Positions 46,384 through 55,688 of a stretch of DNA of 63,682 nucleotides are shown here, one piece after another. The stretch covers positions 1 through 63,682 of the forward strand of contig CAYUDH010000001.1 of the NCBI GenBank assembly GCA_964443595.1, written 5' to 3'. The notes under the pieces were generated by a model. It was not told the origin of the DNA, did no database searches, and worked only from the letters and a program-made list of their open reading frames with translations. The stretch's first letter is position 1. Each line of letters opens with the position of its first letter. Made by a program: the position numbers and the translations under genes. This DNA is from an uncultured Candidatus Saccharibacteria bacterium. Lineage in GTDB: Bacteria > Patescibacteriota > Saccharimonadia > Saccharimonadales > Saccharimonadaceae.

Positions 46384-47543
46384 GATTTACGCTCCAGGAT
46401 GATTAAATTTTCTAAATGCGGGGTGCGCGGGAAAAAGTTGTAAGGTATACACTTTTTGACATCATAATCGTTAATTAACATAGCGAGGTCGCGCATTTGG
46501 GTGATGGGATTGCACGACAAGTAGATGACTTGGGCTGGTAATACTTCATGAATCCTTGTGATGACGTTCGGTAAACAGCCGGCGCGCGGCGGGTCAACGA
46601 TGACGGTCTGATTGTGTTGGATGAAGTCGGTAGCATCTTCACTTTTGGCTAAAATTGGACGTGCAGAAGTGCCTTGGCAGTTGGTTTTCATTTCGGCGTA
46701 GGCTGATTTGTCACACTCAACTAAGGTTAAGTTCTTGTCACGTGCAACCGATAAACCGATAGTGCCGACGCCAGAATATAAGTCGAGTACGTTTTCTGAC
46801 TTAATCCAAGTTTTGATTTCAGTAAGTACCATTTCATAAACTGGCAAGTTAATTTGGAAAAAGCCGTTCGGCGAATAACTATAATTCTGACCGAGGATAC
46901 TATCGTGCAAGTTTGAAAAGTGGGGATGCGGCTTGCCATTTTCTAAAAGTCCGCCACTGACTTCGCCCTTTTGATTGCAACGCAAAAGTAGTGATTGATA
47001 CTTGCGAGCTTCATCGCCGCGGAGATTCATTGCATTGATAATCTCGGTGGCTTTTTGCCAAATCTCGGGGCGCTCGATGCTAGACTGAGTGACTGGTAGC
47101 TTACGATGCGTACCGCGCGCGCGAAAAGCTGGGAAAATTTGCTGTTTTTCATTATCATAATACAAAGCGTATTCCATTTTGTTGCGATAGTAGAAATCTT
47201 GGCCATCGGTCTGGACTGTATCAACTTCAATATCAGTAAGTTTTTGCTGGCGGATGATTTCTAATAGCAGCTCGCGCTTTTGTTGCAGTTCATAATCATA
47301 CTGCAGAATTTGCCAGGGTGAAGTAGCAAGATAAATTTCATCTTTTGGTGCAATGCAATACGTAGAGGGCTGACTGATTTTCGTAGCGATGCCTTCGGCG
47401 TAACTGCGTTTGTCTTTGGTGGTTTGCCATTCACTAACAATCTCGCCCGGCAAAGCGCCCCAAAGCATAATCTTTTTGCCGCTAGCAAGTGTGCCCAAAG
47501 CTTGCCCACCGGGGATCAGCTTCGTGACTTGCACGGACTCCAT
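46380..47543 (-). CDS. RlmD/TrmA-family RNA (uracil-5)-methyltransferase
   Basis: YRNKME, FFQIN, DLYSGVGTIG, VDPPRAG, YLSCNP, FFPRTPHLE. Confidence 0.9.
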   Translation of the reverse strand: MESVQVTKLIPGGQALGTLASGKKIMLWGALPGEIVSEWQTTKDKRSYAEGIATKISQPSTYCIAPKDEIYLATSPWQILQYDYELQQKRELLLEIIRQQKLTDIEVDTVQTDGQDFYYRNKMEYALYYDNEKQQIFPAFRARGTHRKLPVTQSSIERPEIWQKATEIINAMNLRGDEARKYQSLLLRCNQKGEVSGGLLENGKPHPHFSNLHDSILGQNYSYSPNGFFQINLPVYEMVLTEIKTWIKSENVLDLYSGVGTIGLSVARDKNLTLVECDKSAYAEMKTNCQGTSARPILAKSEDATDFIQHNQTVIVDPPRAGCLPNVITRIHEVLPAQVIYLSCNPITQMRDLAMLINDYDVKKCIPYNFFPRTPHLENLIILERKS

Positions 47544-48833
47544 TTATTCATACCTCAAGGCGTCAATCGGATTCTTATGAGCAGCCTTCCAAGCTGGCAC
47601 GGTACCGGCAATGAAAGCGATTACCATCACGATGAGAATGATTGGCAGCATATTTTCGACGGTGAAGGTAAACAAATGGAAAGTTGGGAAGACTTCGAGG
47701 AACTGTCCGGGCTGATGCAAGAAAATATTGGCAAAATACCCGGCGACCATAGCTAGTCCGACCCCAAAGGCTGAGCCCCAGAATCCGAGTGAAATCGCTT
47801 CAAAGGAAAAGTTTAGGAAAATCTTGCTAGAAGGCATGCCGAGGGCTTTGTCTAGGCCGATTTCGCGCGTGCGCTCTTCGACTGACATGAGCAAAGTATT
47901 GATGATGCCAATCGCAGCCGCGAGTAAGGCAATACCGCCAAAGATAGTAAAGACAATCATAATCACATCAAAGAAAGTGCGGATAGCACCCATCATATCA
48001 GAAACGGTGGCACCGTAAAAGCCGTTTTCTTCTAGAATCTCTTTGATTTCCTTCTCGGTATATTTGCTGGTATCGAAACGAGCCTGCACCATATAAGTGG
48101 TGTCTTTCATTTCGTCGGGATAACCGGCGGTAGTATCGTTATAAATAGCATCTTCGAGGGCGCGACTGATGACGGCACCGTTGACTGCCACTACACCTCT
48201 AGCTTGTACGCCGACAACCTTGACGTTATAAGTAAGGGCTTCTTCGGTAAGTTGGTTGGCGGCAACTAGCTGAATGGTCTGACCGATAATGTCCTCGTCG
48301 GAATCATAACCCAAGACTTGCGGATAGCCAGCCTGCAAGGTAATCTCGTAGGCAGTGGTATCCTGAGCAGGGAGGCTGCCAGCCGTGGTAGCAATATGAA
48401 ACTCGCCTGGCGGCATAGCGCCGACAGTAATTAAGTATTTTTTGTCGGTTTTGTCGCTCGTGATATATTCGATGTTAAGGCGCTTGGCGCTGTAAATAGT
48501 ATCACCGTCAATGCCATCAATGTTTTTGAGTTTTTCTAACTCTTCATCCGTGAAGGCAGACATGGTCTGGTCGGGGTTATACTCGACGGGCTCGTCACTA
48601 TTCATGATACTACTCATCATATTAACGGACCCTTCGGGTAAGATGGCAATATAATCATCACCGCCCAAGCTGTCCGTTTGATCGTCAATGAAGTGATTAA
48701 CACCGGTATTAATTGCCACGTTAAGCGCAATGGTAAAGCTTCCAATAAAGATCGCAAGGATAGTTAAAATCGTGCGGGCCTTGTTCCGGAATAAGTTATG
48801 ATTTGCGCTGCGGATAATTTCAAAGATACCCAT
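47544..48833 (-). CDS. MacB/FtsX-family ABC transporter permease
   Basis: RNKARTILT, GIINTLLMSVEERTREIG, PAWKAA..NPIDALRYE. Confidence 0.9.
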   Translation of the reverse strand: MGIFEIIRSANHNLFRNKARTILTILAIFIGSFTIALNVAINTGVNHFIDDQTDSLGGDDYIAILPEGSVNMMSSIMNSDEPVEYNPDQTMSAFTDEELEKLKNIDGIDGDTIYSAKRLNIEYITSDKTDKKYLITVGAMPPGEFHIATTAGSLPAQDTTAYEITLQAGYPQVLGYDSDEDIIGQTIQLVAANQLTEEALTYNVKVVGVQARGVVAVNGAVISRALEDAIYNDTTAGYPDEMKDTTYMVQARFDTSKYTEKEIKEILEENGFYGATVSDMMGAIRTFFDVIMIVFTIFGGIALLAAAIGIINTLLMSVEERTREIGLDKALGMPSSKIFLNFSFEAISLGFWGSAFGVGLAMVAGYFANIFLHQPGQFLEVFPTFHLFTFTVENMLPIILIVMVIAFIAGTVPAWKAAHKNPIDALRYE

Positions 48834-49637
48834 TTAGACCTCCACCGATATATTCATTTTTAACTTGCCGTCGCTACAATTATCTTCAGGCGGGATGCTA
48901 GGAGCGGTAGTTTTCATTTTCCATTTGCCATCTACCCATTCACCCTTAGGTTCCTCTGCCATACCTTCTACGATACGGCCATCCATAATGCGAACTTGAC
49001 GATCGCAAAGTTGCGCTAGGTCTTCGTCGTGCGTGACAATAATAAGCGTGACGCCTTCTTCTTTGTTCAAATCGAAAAGGAGTTTGATAACTTGCTCGCC
49101 GGTAGCGGAATCGAGATTGCCGGTCGGCTCATCGGCAAATAAAATCTTAGGGTTATTAATAATAGCACGGGCGATGCAGACGCGCTGCTTCTGGCCGCCG
49201 GAAAGATCGGTAGCTTTGAACTTTTTGCGTTCCGACAGGCCGACAGTTGCCAAAGCACGCTCGGCGAGATTACGGCGTTCTTTGCCACCAATGCCGGCGA
49301 TCTTGAGCGGGAGCATGACATTTTCGATCACGGTATCATTAGGATTCATGAAAAACTGCTGAAAAACAAAGCCAAAAGTGCGATTGCGCAATTTGTTTAG
49401 TTCACGATTGCTTAGTTTGGTTGAGTCAATACCGTCGATGCGGATAGTGCCAGAAGTGGGCTTGTCTAGTAATGCCAATAAGTGCATCAAAGTAGATTTG
49501 CCGGAGCCAGACTTACCAACAATCGCAACGGATTCGCCGGCTTCGATATCTAAATCAATGCCTCTCAGCGCTTCGAAGGCTGTGCTACGTTTGCCGTAAA
49601 CTTTGACTAAATCTCGTACTTCGATAACTTTGTTCAT
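48834..49637 (-). CDS. ABC transporter ATP-binding protein (LolD/MacB-like)
   Basis: [31 protein letters not shown]. Confidence 0.93.
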   Translation of the reverse strand: MNKVIEVRDLVKVYGKRSTAFEALRGIDLDIEAGESVAIVGKSGSGKSTLMHLLALLDKPTSGTIRIDGIDSTKLSNRELNKLRNRTFGFVFQQFFMNPNDTVIENVMLPLKIAGIGGKERRNLAERALATVGLSERKKFKATDLSGGQKQRVCIARAIINNPKILFADEPTGNLDSATGEQVIKLLFDLNKEEGVTLIIVTHDEDLAQLCDRQVRIMDGRIVEGMAEEPKGEWVDGKWKMKTTAPSIPPEDNCSDGKLKMNISVEV

Positions 49638-49671
49638 GCTATTATTTTAACATAGATTACTTAAATCAAGC

Positions 49672-51042
49672 TTATTTTAGATAAGTCCAGGCGTAACCGT
49701 CTTTGGTGTCGATAACGCCAATGTTCTCGGCTGCGAGAGCATCGCGAATTTGGTCGGCGGCGGCATAATCTTTTTTCAGCTTAGCATCAAAACGCTGCTC
49801 GAGTAAGTTTTTTTGCTCATCAGTAATATCAGGTGTGTCGCGGAAGAGGTTTAGGCCGAAGATTTGGTCAATTTGCTCCCAAGCTGCGAGAGTAAGCGAT
49901 GGCGTGGAATCAATAATAGCAAAAGCCATTGGTGAATTGAGATTATCAGACACTGCATCGATGATTTTGGCAAGGGCTTCAGCAGAGGTGGCTTCGGCTA
50001 GCTCTGAGTCTGATGAATGCTGATAGCGAAGGTGGCCAATGCGCCGCCGCCATTCTAGCCGGCGAACACTAGCAGCTTCGAGATTGTCAAAGTTAAAATC
50101 GCGCTCAGACTGATAGTGTCCCTGCAAGACCCACATTTTGAAATCCATCGGTGAATAACCTTTAGCAGCTAAATCGTCTAAAGTCCAGATATTACCAAGC
50201 GACTTGGAAATCTTTTGCTTATCAATAGTGAGGAAATTAGAATGAATCCAGTATTTTGCTAGCTTTTTCTCAAAGGCGGCTTCGCTCTGGGCAATTTCGT
50301 TGGTGTGGTGCACGGGGATATGATCAATGCCGCCAGTATGGATATCAATGGTTTCGCCGAGCAAAGTATGGATAATGGTAGAACACTCGAGATGCCAGCC
50401 TGGATATCCCGGACGGCCAAGAAAATCCCAGCGCATAGCGTGCTGCTCACCAGGCTGAATAAACTTCCAGACGGCAAAGTCGGAGGGATTTTTCTTTTCT
50501 TGAGAGAACTCAACCCGAGCACCGGCGCGTAAATTATCCAGGTCGAGCCTGGCGAAATCGGCATAGGTTGGGAACTTGCTAGTATCAAAATAGATGCCAT
50601 CGCTAGTTTCGTAAGTGTAGCCCTTGTCAATTAGAATCTGGACGAGCGCTTGGTCCTCGGCAATGAAGTCAGTAGCGCGCGCCCAAGTAGTAGGCTCTAG
50701 TAAGTTCAGCGCGGCGAAATCTTGCTTGAAGAGGTTGATATATCTCTCAGCAACCGCCCAAACGGTTTCGCCACTCTGACGAGCGCCCTTTTCCATTTTG
50801 TCTTCACCGTCATCGGCATCAGAAGTAAGATGCCCGACATCAGTGAAATTGATTACTCGTTCCACGCCATAGCCATTGACTAGCAACGTGCGCACCAGTA
50901 AGTCCCAATAAATATATGATGCAAAATTGCCAATGTGCGGCTGGCTATAAACCGTCGGCCCACAAGTGTAGATTTTGACTTTTTCGGGATTAAACGGGCT
51001 AAAAGTTTCGAGTTTGCGCGATAAGGTATTAAACAACTTCAT
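49672..51042 (-). CDS. cysS: Cysteine--tRNA ligase
   Basis: YTCGPTVY, HIGN, PGWHLECS, HHTNEIAQ, KISKSLGN. Confidence 0.97.
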   Translation of the reverse strand: MKLFNTLSRKLETFSPFNPEKVKIYTCGPTVYSQPHIGNFASYIYWDLLVRTLLVNGYGVERVINFTDVGHLTSDADDGEDKMEKGARQSGETVWAVAERYINLFKQDFAALNLLEPTTWARATDFIAEDQALVQILIDKGYTYETSDGIYFDTSKFPTYADFARLDLDNLRAGARVEFSQEKKNPSDFAVWKFIQPGEQHAMRWDFLGRPGYPGWHLECSTIIHTLLGETIDIHTGGIDHIPVHHTNEIAQSEAAFEKKLAKYWIHSNFLTIDKQKISKSLGNIWTLDDLAAKGYSPMDFKMWVLQGHYQSERDFNFDNLEAASVRRLEWRRRIGHLRYQHSSDSELAEATSAEALAKIIDAVSDNLNSPMAFAIIDSTPSLTLAAWEQIDQIFGLNLFRDTPDITDEQKNLLEQRFDAKLKKDYAAADQIRDALAAENIGVIDTKDGYAWTYLK

Positions 51043-51886
51043 TCTTCGGTATTTCCTTCAATGTTTTTCTTATTTCTAATAATATTTTAGCACGTTTTCC
51101 GACGGATATATCATGTTGGCCAATTACACTGATATATTTGACGTAGCGTGGATTATGTTTGGCGACGCGCCGCAGGTTCTCGTCCATGACGAGTGGATCA
51201 AAATGACCATGCAAAAGTATAGTTGGTATGCGCAAACTGACAAAAGTTTGATAGTTGTGGCGATTGAGGATGATATTTTCCATCGATCGCTCAAAAGCAA
51301 CGGTTTTGATATAACCGCTGCGAAAACTACTGAACTTTTGGATGATTTTGGCCACCGTTTCTATCGCTGGCACCGTGTTCGCGATTTGGTGCAGCGAACG
51401 ATAGGATTTAGTATAAACTTTGTCGGGCATTTTGGCGAGTTCGTCAGCCATTAAAACTGGCGGCGAAACTAAAATAAGTTTGCTCAGCTCGACATGCTCA
51501 GTAAAGTTGCTAGCGTAGTTCGCAGCGATTAGTGAGCCCATGGAGTGGCCGACGATGATTAATTGACCTCTAGGATTTAGTTTTTTGAGCGAACGATGCA
51601 AGGCTTTATTATAGCAATTCTCATCGTATTTCAGCCAGTCGGCTTTGAGCGACCTACCAAAGCCTAGTAAATCGAGCGCTACCAGGCGCACGTTCTGTAA
51701 GTCGGTTTCTTTGGCAAAAGCCGCAAAAGTCTTTTTCCAGGTGGCGGAGTCGGCGCTAATGCCATGCAGGAAGACGACCGTCACCGGCGCCTTTTTGATT
51801 CTATTATCTTCGGCTATGGCCAGCTTGACCGGCACGCGCAAAACTTTGTGCCAGAACCAAGTAGCGCTATTGTATATCGCGTTCAC
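51029..51886 (-). CDS. Alpha/beta hydrolase
   Basis: FLHG, DLLGFGRS, GHSMG nucleophile elbow. Confidence 0.88.
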   Translation of the reverse strand: MNAIYNSATWFWHKVLRVPVKLAIAEDNRIKKAPVTVVFLHGISADSATWKKTFAAFAKETDLQNVRLVALDLLGFGRSLKADWLKYDENCYNKALHRSLKKLNPRGQLIIVGHSMGSLIAANYASNFTEHVELSKLILVSPPVLMADELAKMPDKVYTKSYRSLHQIANTVPAIETVAKIIQKFSSFRSGYIKTVAFERSMENIILNRHNYQTFVSLRIPTILLHGHFDPLVMDENLRRVAKHNPRYVKYISVIGQHDISVGKRAKILLEIRKTLKEIPKNEVV

Positions 51887-52868
51887 TTTCCTGCTCGCAT
51901 TCCGCTAATAACTCGGGTAAAATTCTGACGACATCAGCAACCACTTCTTCGTAGCTGGTATCATAAGTGCGAAAGCCGGCAGCGTAGGGGTGACCACCGC
52001 CGCCAAAGTAGCCAGCGATTTGCTCGGAAACTGGTTTGCTACTGCGGATTTTGCCGGTAACTTTGCCATCGGGATAAGTCTTGATAGCGATAGCTACAAT
52101 TACGCCCTCAACCAGTCGCAGCTCTTCTAGAATTAGGACGTTAGGATTATATTCGTCGGAATAAAGCTGAATATCTTCAAACGGAATGAGGACGGTCGCC
52201 AGCGCACCGTCAAGCGAATATTCGACGCGTTTAATCAAATCAGCCTTGTAGTCCAGAATGCGTTGGGATTTTTTCATGTATTCACGGCGCTTTTCTTCGA
52301 GCTCGGCCGGGTCAGCACCTAAGTCAATTAGGTCGGCCATGGTGCGCATAGTATCTGCGGTGACGGATTGACTAACTAAGCCCAATGTGTCTGAAGAAAT
52401 TGCGGAATATAGAACTTCGGCTGCAGACTTATTAATTTCTAAATTATTAGCACGGGCGATCTTGAAAACTAAATCTGCACAAGCCGGCAATGGCTCGATG
52501 ATGGCTTGGTGCGGAAAGTCGAGGTCGTCTTCGGTTTCGTGATGGTCTAAGACTAAAACAGGTTTGTTATACAGACAATTCCGGATGGCAGTATCTTCGA
52601 GTAGCTTAGTCAAAAGTACGGTCGATGCGGTATCAACAATGATATAGCCATCAGCCTTGTAATCAAAATCGATCTCGACGCGCGACCAATCGTCAAAGTA
52701 GTGTAGATAACGCGGAATATCAACCGGGCAATATAAATAATTCTCCGTATCACGCAAGATATAGTCTAATGCGATAGCCGAGCCAAGCGAATCGCCATCT
52801 GGGTTCTCGGCCTGGATAATGCAAATACGTTTCTTTCCTTTTAGAAAATCTACAAACTGATCATACAT
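51867..52868 (-). CDS. DHH/DHHA1 phosphoesterase (NrnA-like)
   Basis: NPDGDSLGS, VDT, DHH, SDT, GGGGHPYAAG; start reassigned to MYDQF. Confidence 0.9.
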   Translation of the reverse strand: MYDQFVDFLKGKKRICIIQAENPDGDSLGSAIALDYILRDTENYLYCPVDIPRYLHYFDDWSRVEIDFDYKADGYIIVDTASTVLLTKLLEDTAIRNCLYNKPVLVLDHHETEDDLDFPHQAIIEPLPACADLVFKIARANNLEINKSAAEVLYSAISSDTLGLVSQSVTADTMRTMADLIDLGADPAELEEKRREYMKKSQRILDYKADLIKRVEYSLDGALATVLIPFEDIQLYSDEYNPNVLILEELRLVEGVIVAIAIKTYPDGKVTGKIRSSKPVSEQIAGYFGGGGHPYAAGFRTYDTSYEEVVADVVRILPELLAECEQESERDIQ

Positions 52869-52905
52869 GGTATATATTATAGCGTTTTTGATTAAGTTTG
52901 GCAAA

Positions 52906-53598
52906 CTATTTATTCTGTGACTTAGGCTTACGACGGCGTGTTTTCTTTTGTTTTACTTCCATGTCGGGGAAGGCTTTGGCCAAGCGCCGGCGCAGCTTGC
53001 CTTGATCCATGAGAATCTCGCGAATATTGGCAGAAATCTCGGCAGTAGCATCTGCCTGTAAAACTCCAGCCGTGGCACGGCAGCCAACAATCAGCCAAGT
53101 GGTCACGATAATATCTGTAAGCATAATGCTAAAGAAAGTGATGGCCAGTGCGATTCGACCGACCTCGTTGATACTGCTAAAGAAATCTAGCAAGATAGGG
53201 TTAGTTACTTGCGTGACGATGACGCCCATGATGCCAAAAGCTAATAACATCTTCAAGCAGATTCTACCATTGAGATTGAACTTATCATGGCTATAGTCCC
53301 ACCAGCGCACGCGGAATAACTTTTCCATGACGAAGCTAGTGCCATATTCGAGAATAGCACTAGAAAGTGTCGCCACAATAAAAACTTCTGCTACGTTATG
53401 CGTATTGCGCAGGAAAAAAGTCATTAGCAAGGCACCAAAACCATAAATTGGACACAGTGGCCCAATTAGAAATCCGCGATTACTTGGTTTGCGATTCTTG
53501 CTCATGACGATACTTACCCCGACTTCCATGCACCAGCCAACAAAAGAGTAGGTGAGGAAGATTAAGAACCATGTTGCGATATTACCAAGTGTAGACAT
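52906..53598 (-). CDS. CmpB/DUF1113-like putative ABC-transporter permease
   Basis: YSFVGWCME, NRGFLIGPLCPIYGFG, RWWDYS..FNLNGRIC; AAGGAG RBS before MSTLG. Confidence 0.82.
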   Translation of the reverse strand: MSTLGNIATWFLIFLTYSFVGWCMEVGVSIVMSKNRKPSNRGFLIGPLCPIYGFGALLMTFFLRNTHNVAEVFIVATLSSAILEYGTSFVMEKLFRVRWWDYSHDKFNLNGRICLKMLLAFGIMGVIVTQVTNPILLDFFSSINEVGRIALAITFFSIMLTDIIVTTWLIVGCRATAGVLQADATAEISANIREILMDQGKLRRRLAKAFPDMEVKQKKTRRRKPKSQNK

Positions 53599-53599
53599 A

Positions 53600-54400
53600 T
53601 TACTCCTTAGCTGTTCTAACTCCAATGCTGGACCGACCAGAAAGAAAAACTGAAAGCGTAGTAATGGCGGTAAACCCTAATATTAAAATCCAATTGACTT
53701 TGATGACGAAGAAAGACATTAAGACATTGGAAAGCCCGTGCAGAATCATGCAGTAAAATACCGAACCGGTGCGGCGATAGATGCAAGCCAACCAGAAAGC
53801 GAGAATAATTGCGCTGAGGGCGAAGAGGCCGAAGTTCATAGATTGCTGCGTACTGCCAGCGACAAACCAAAGTGGCAAATGCCAGACCGCCCAAATCGCA
53901 CCAACGATGAGAGTGGTGACGATGAAGCTTAAAGTCTTGTGCTTGACCTTTTTGTCAATGACGCGCTCCATGATGGGCTGCAAAGTGCCGCGCCAACCTA
54001 GCTCTTCGTTACCGCCGCCAATCAAAACGCAAGCTAGGAACGCAATCGGTAAGTAATACCAAGCAAAATCCGGATTAACCTCCATGGAGGATAAGCCAAT
54101 CACAGCAATTTCTAAAATAGCAAATAGGAATAGGTAGCCAATGGTGCGTTTGCGGTGCCCAAAAATGAAGGTCTTTAACTTTTTCCAGGTAAGCTCACCC
54201 TCGATGCACATGATACCAGAAATAGTCGGCCCGAAACCACCAATGCCGAATAAAATTATACCGAGTGGGCTATTAAACTCGATAGTCTTGATGGCGGTGA
54301 GCAGAATTAAGATGCCCCAGCTGAGCCATGAAATAAAGAAAGTAATTAATAAATACTCTTGTACTCGCCATTCGTCTAAATAACCTTTGATTGTACGCAT
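53600..54400 (-). CDS. CPBP intramembrane metalloprotease
   Basis: EELGWRG, WAVWHLPL, HGLSN. Confidence 0.88.
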   Translation of the reverse strand: MRTIKGYLDEWRVQEYLLITFFISWLSWGILILLTAIKTIEFNSPLGIILFGIGGFGPTISGIMCIEGELTWKKLKTFIFGHRKRTIGYLFLFAILEIAVIGLSSMEVNPDFAWYYLPIAFLACVLIGGGNEELGWRGTLQPIMERVIDKKVKHKTLSFIVTTLIVGAIWAVWHLPLWFVAGSTQQSMNFGLFALSAIILAFWLACIYRRTGSVFYCMILHGLSNVLMSFFVIKVNWILILGFTAITTLSVFLSGRSSIGVRTAKE

Positions 54401-54407
54401 ATTTATA

Positions 54408-55562
54408 TTATACCTCAATATCTCCAATCATTTTAATACTTTCTCCTTCGGGCAGACTTTCGACGGATTTGAGCTTGCGCTCGATCTGACGCGAAGTAAC
54501 TTCGGCACTACCGATTTTATTAGCGGTTTCTTCTAGCTTTTTCTTGGTGGCAGCAAGGAGATCGCCGAACTTGCTAAACTGAGTCTTCACGGCGCCGAGA
54601 GTCTGCCAGACTTCGGCGGAGCGCTTCTCGATGGCGACACTACGGAAGCCCATGGTAAGACCATTCAGAATCACGGGCAAAGTAGAAGGCGAAGAAATAG
54701 TGACATTATACTTCTGGCGGATTTCATCGGATATACCGGGTATGCGTAAAATTTCGGCATACAAGCTTTCGGTTGGTACAAACATGACGCCAAAATCAGT
54801 AGTCATGGGCGGGTCGAGATATTTAGTGGAAATCTTTTTGGCCTGTTCTTTGACATCTGTTGCGAGAGCTTTGCGATAAATTTCAATATCGGTTTTGCTA
54901 CTCTTCTCGTAGGCTTCGAGCAAGCGACCATAGTTCTCGACTGGAAATTTAGAATCAATCGGGAGGTAGACAGTCATTTCGTCTTTGCCGGGCATCTTGA
55001 TGGCGAATTCGACACGGTCATTGCTGCCTTTCTTGGTGGCGATGTTTTCTTCGTATTGGCCTTGGGCCATGAAGTCCGAAATAATATTACCCAGCTGAAC
55101 TTCACCATAGATACCGCGAGTTTTGACGCCTTCCATGACTTTCTTCAGATCGCCAACGCCGTTGGCAAGAGTTTTCATTTCGCCAAGGCCTTGATAAACT
55201 TGGCTGAGCTGACCAGAAATTTGTTTGAAACTTTCATTGAAACGATGCTCGACGGACTTCTGCAACTTTTCGTCTACAGTCATGCGCATTTCTTCAAGCT
55301 TCTTGGAGTTATCTTCCTGCAGACTTCTGACGCGCACGTCGACAGTTTTCTGAATGCCCTGCAAATTAGCGGCGATTTCTTTGCGGTTGTCACGAAACTC
55401 ATTCTCGATCTTCGGAGCGATTTTATCTAGCTCGGCTTCGACACGAATCAAACGCTCTTCGAGTTTTGATGTATCGACCATAGGCGACTGAGGCTTGCGC
55501 AAAACCAAGGTCACCAAAAGTATGATTGCAATTAGTACCAAAACCATTAACGTTAGTTCCAT
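54408..55562 (-). CDS. rmuC: DNA recombination protein RmuC
   Basis: KTRGIYGEVQL, LPIDSKFP, FVPTESLY, SPSTL; start reassigned to MELTL. Confidence 0.92.
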   Translation of the reverse strand: MELTLMVLVLIAIILLVTLVLRKPQSPMVDTSKLEERLIRVEAELDKIAPKIENEFRDNRKEIAANLQGIQKTVDVRVRSLQEDNSKKLEEMRMTVDEKLQKSVEHRFNESFKQISGQLSQVYQGLGEMKTLANGVGDLKKVMEGVKTRGIYGEVQLGNIISDFMAQGQYEENIATKKGSNDRVEFAIKMPGKDEMTVYLPIDSKFPVENYGRLLEAYEKSSKTDIEIYRKALATDVKEQAKKISTKYLDPPMTTDFGVMFVPTESLYAEILRIPGISDEIRQKYNVTISSPSTLPVILNGLTMGFRSVAIEKRSAEVWQTLGAVKTQFSKFGDLLAATKKKLEETANKIGSAEVTSRQIERKLKSVESLPEGESIKMIGDIEV

Positions 55563-55688
55563 ATGTCTAATTATAGCATAACTCTTGGTTTTGAAAGCAA
55601 AAACACTAAGTACAACCTTTGCAGAGCCTAGCCCGCCACACGAACGCACTTAGAGTATTCATGTGGCGGGTTGACTAGACAAATGGCC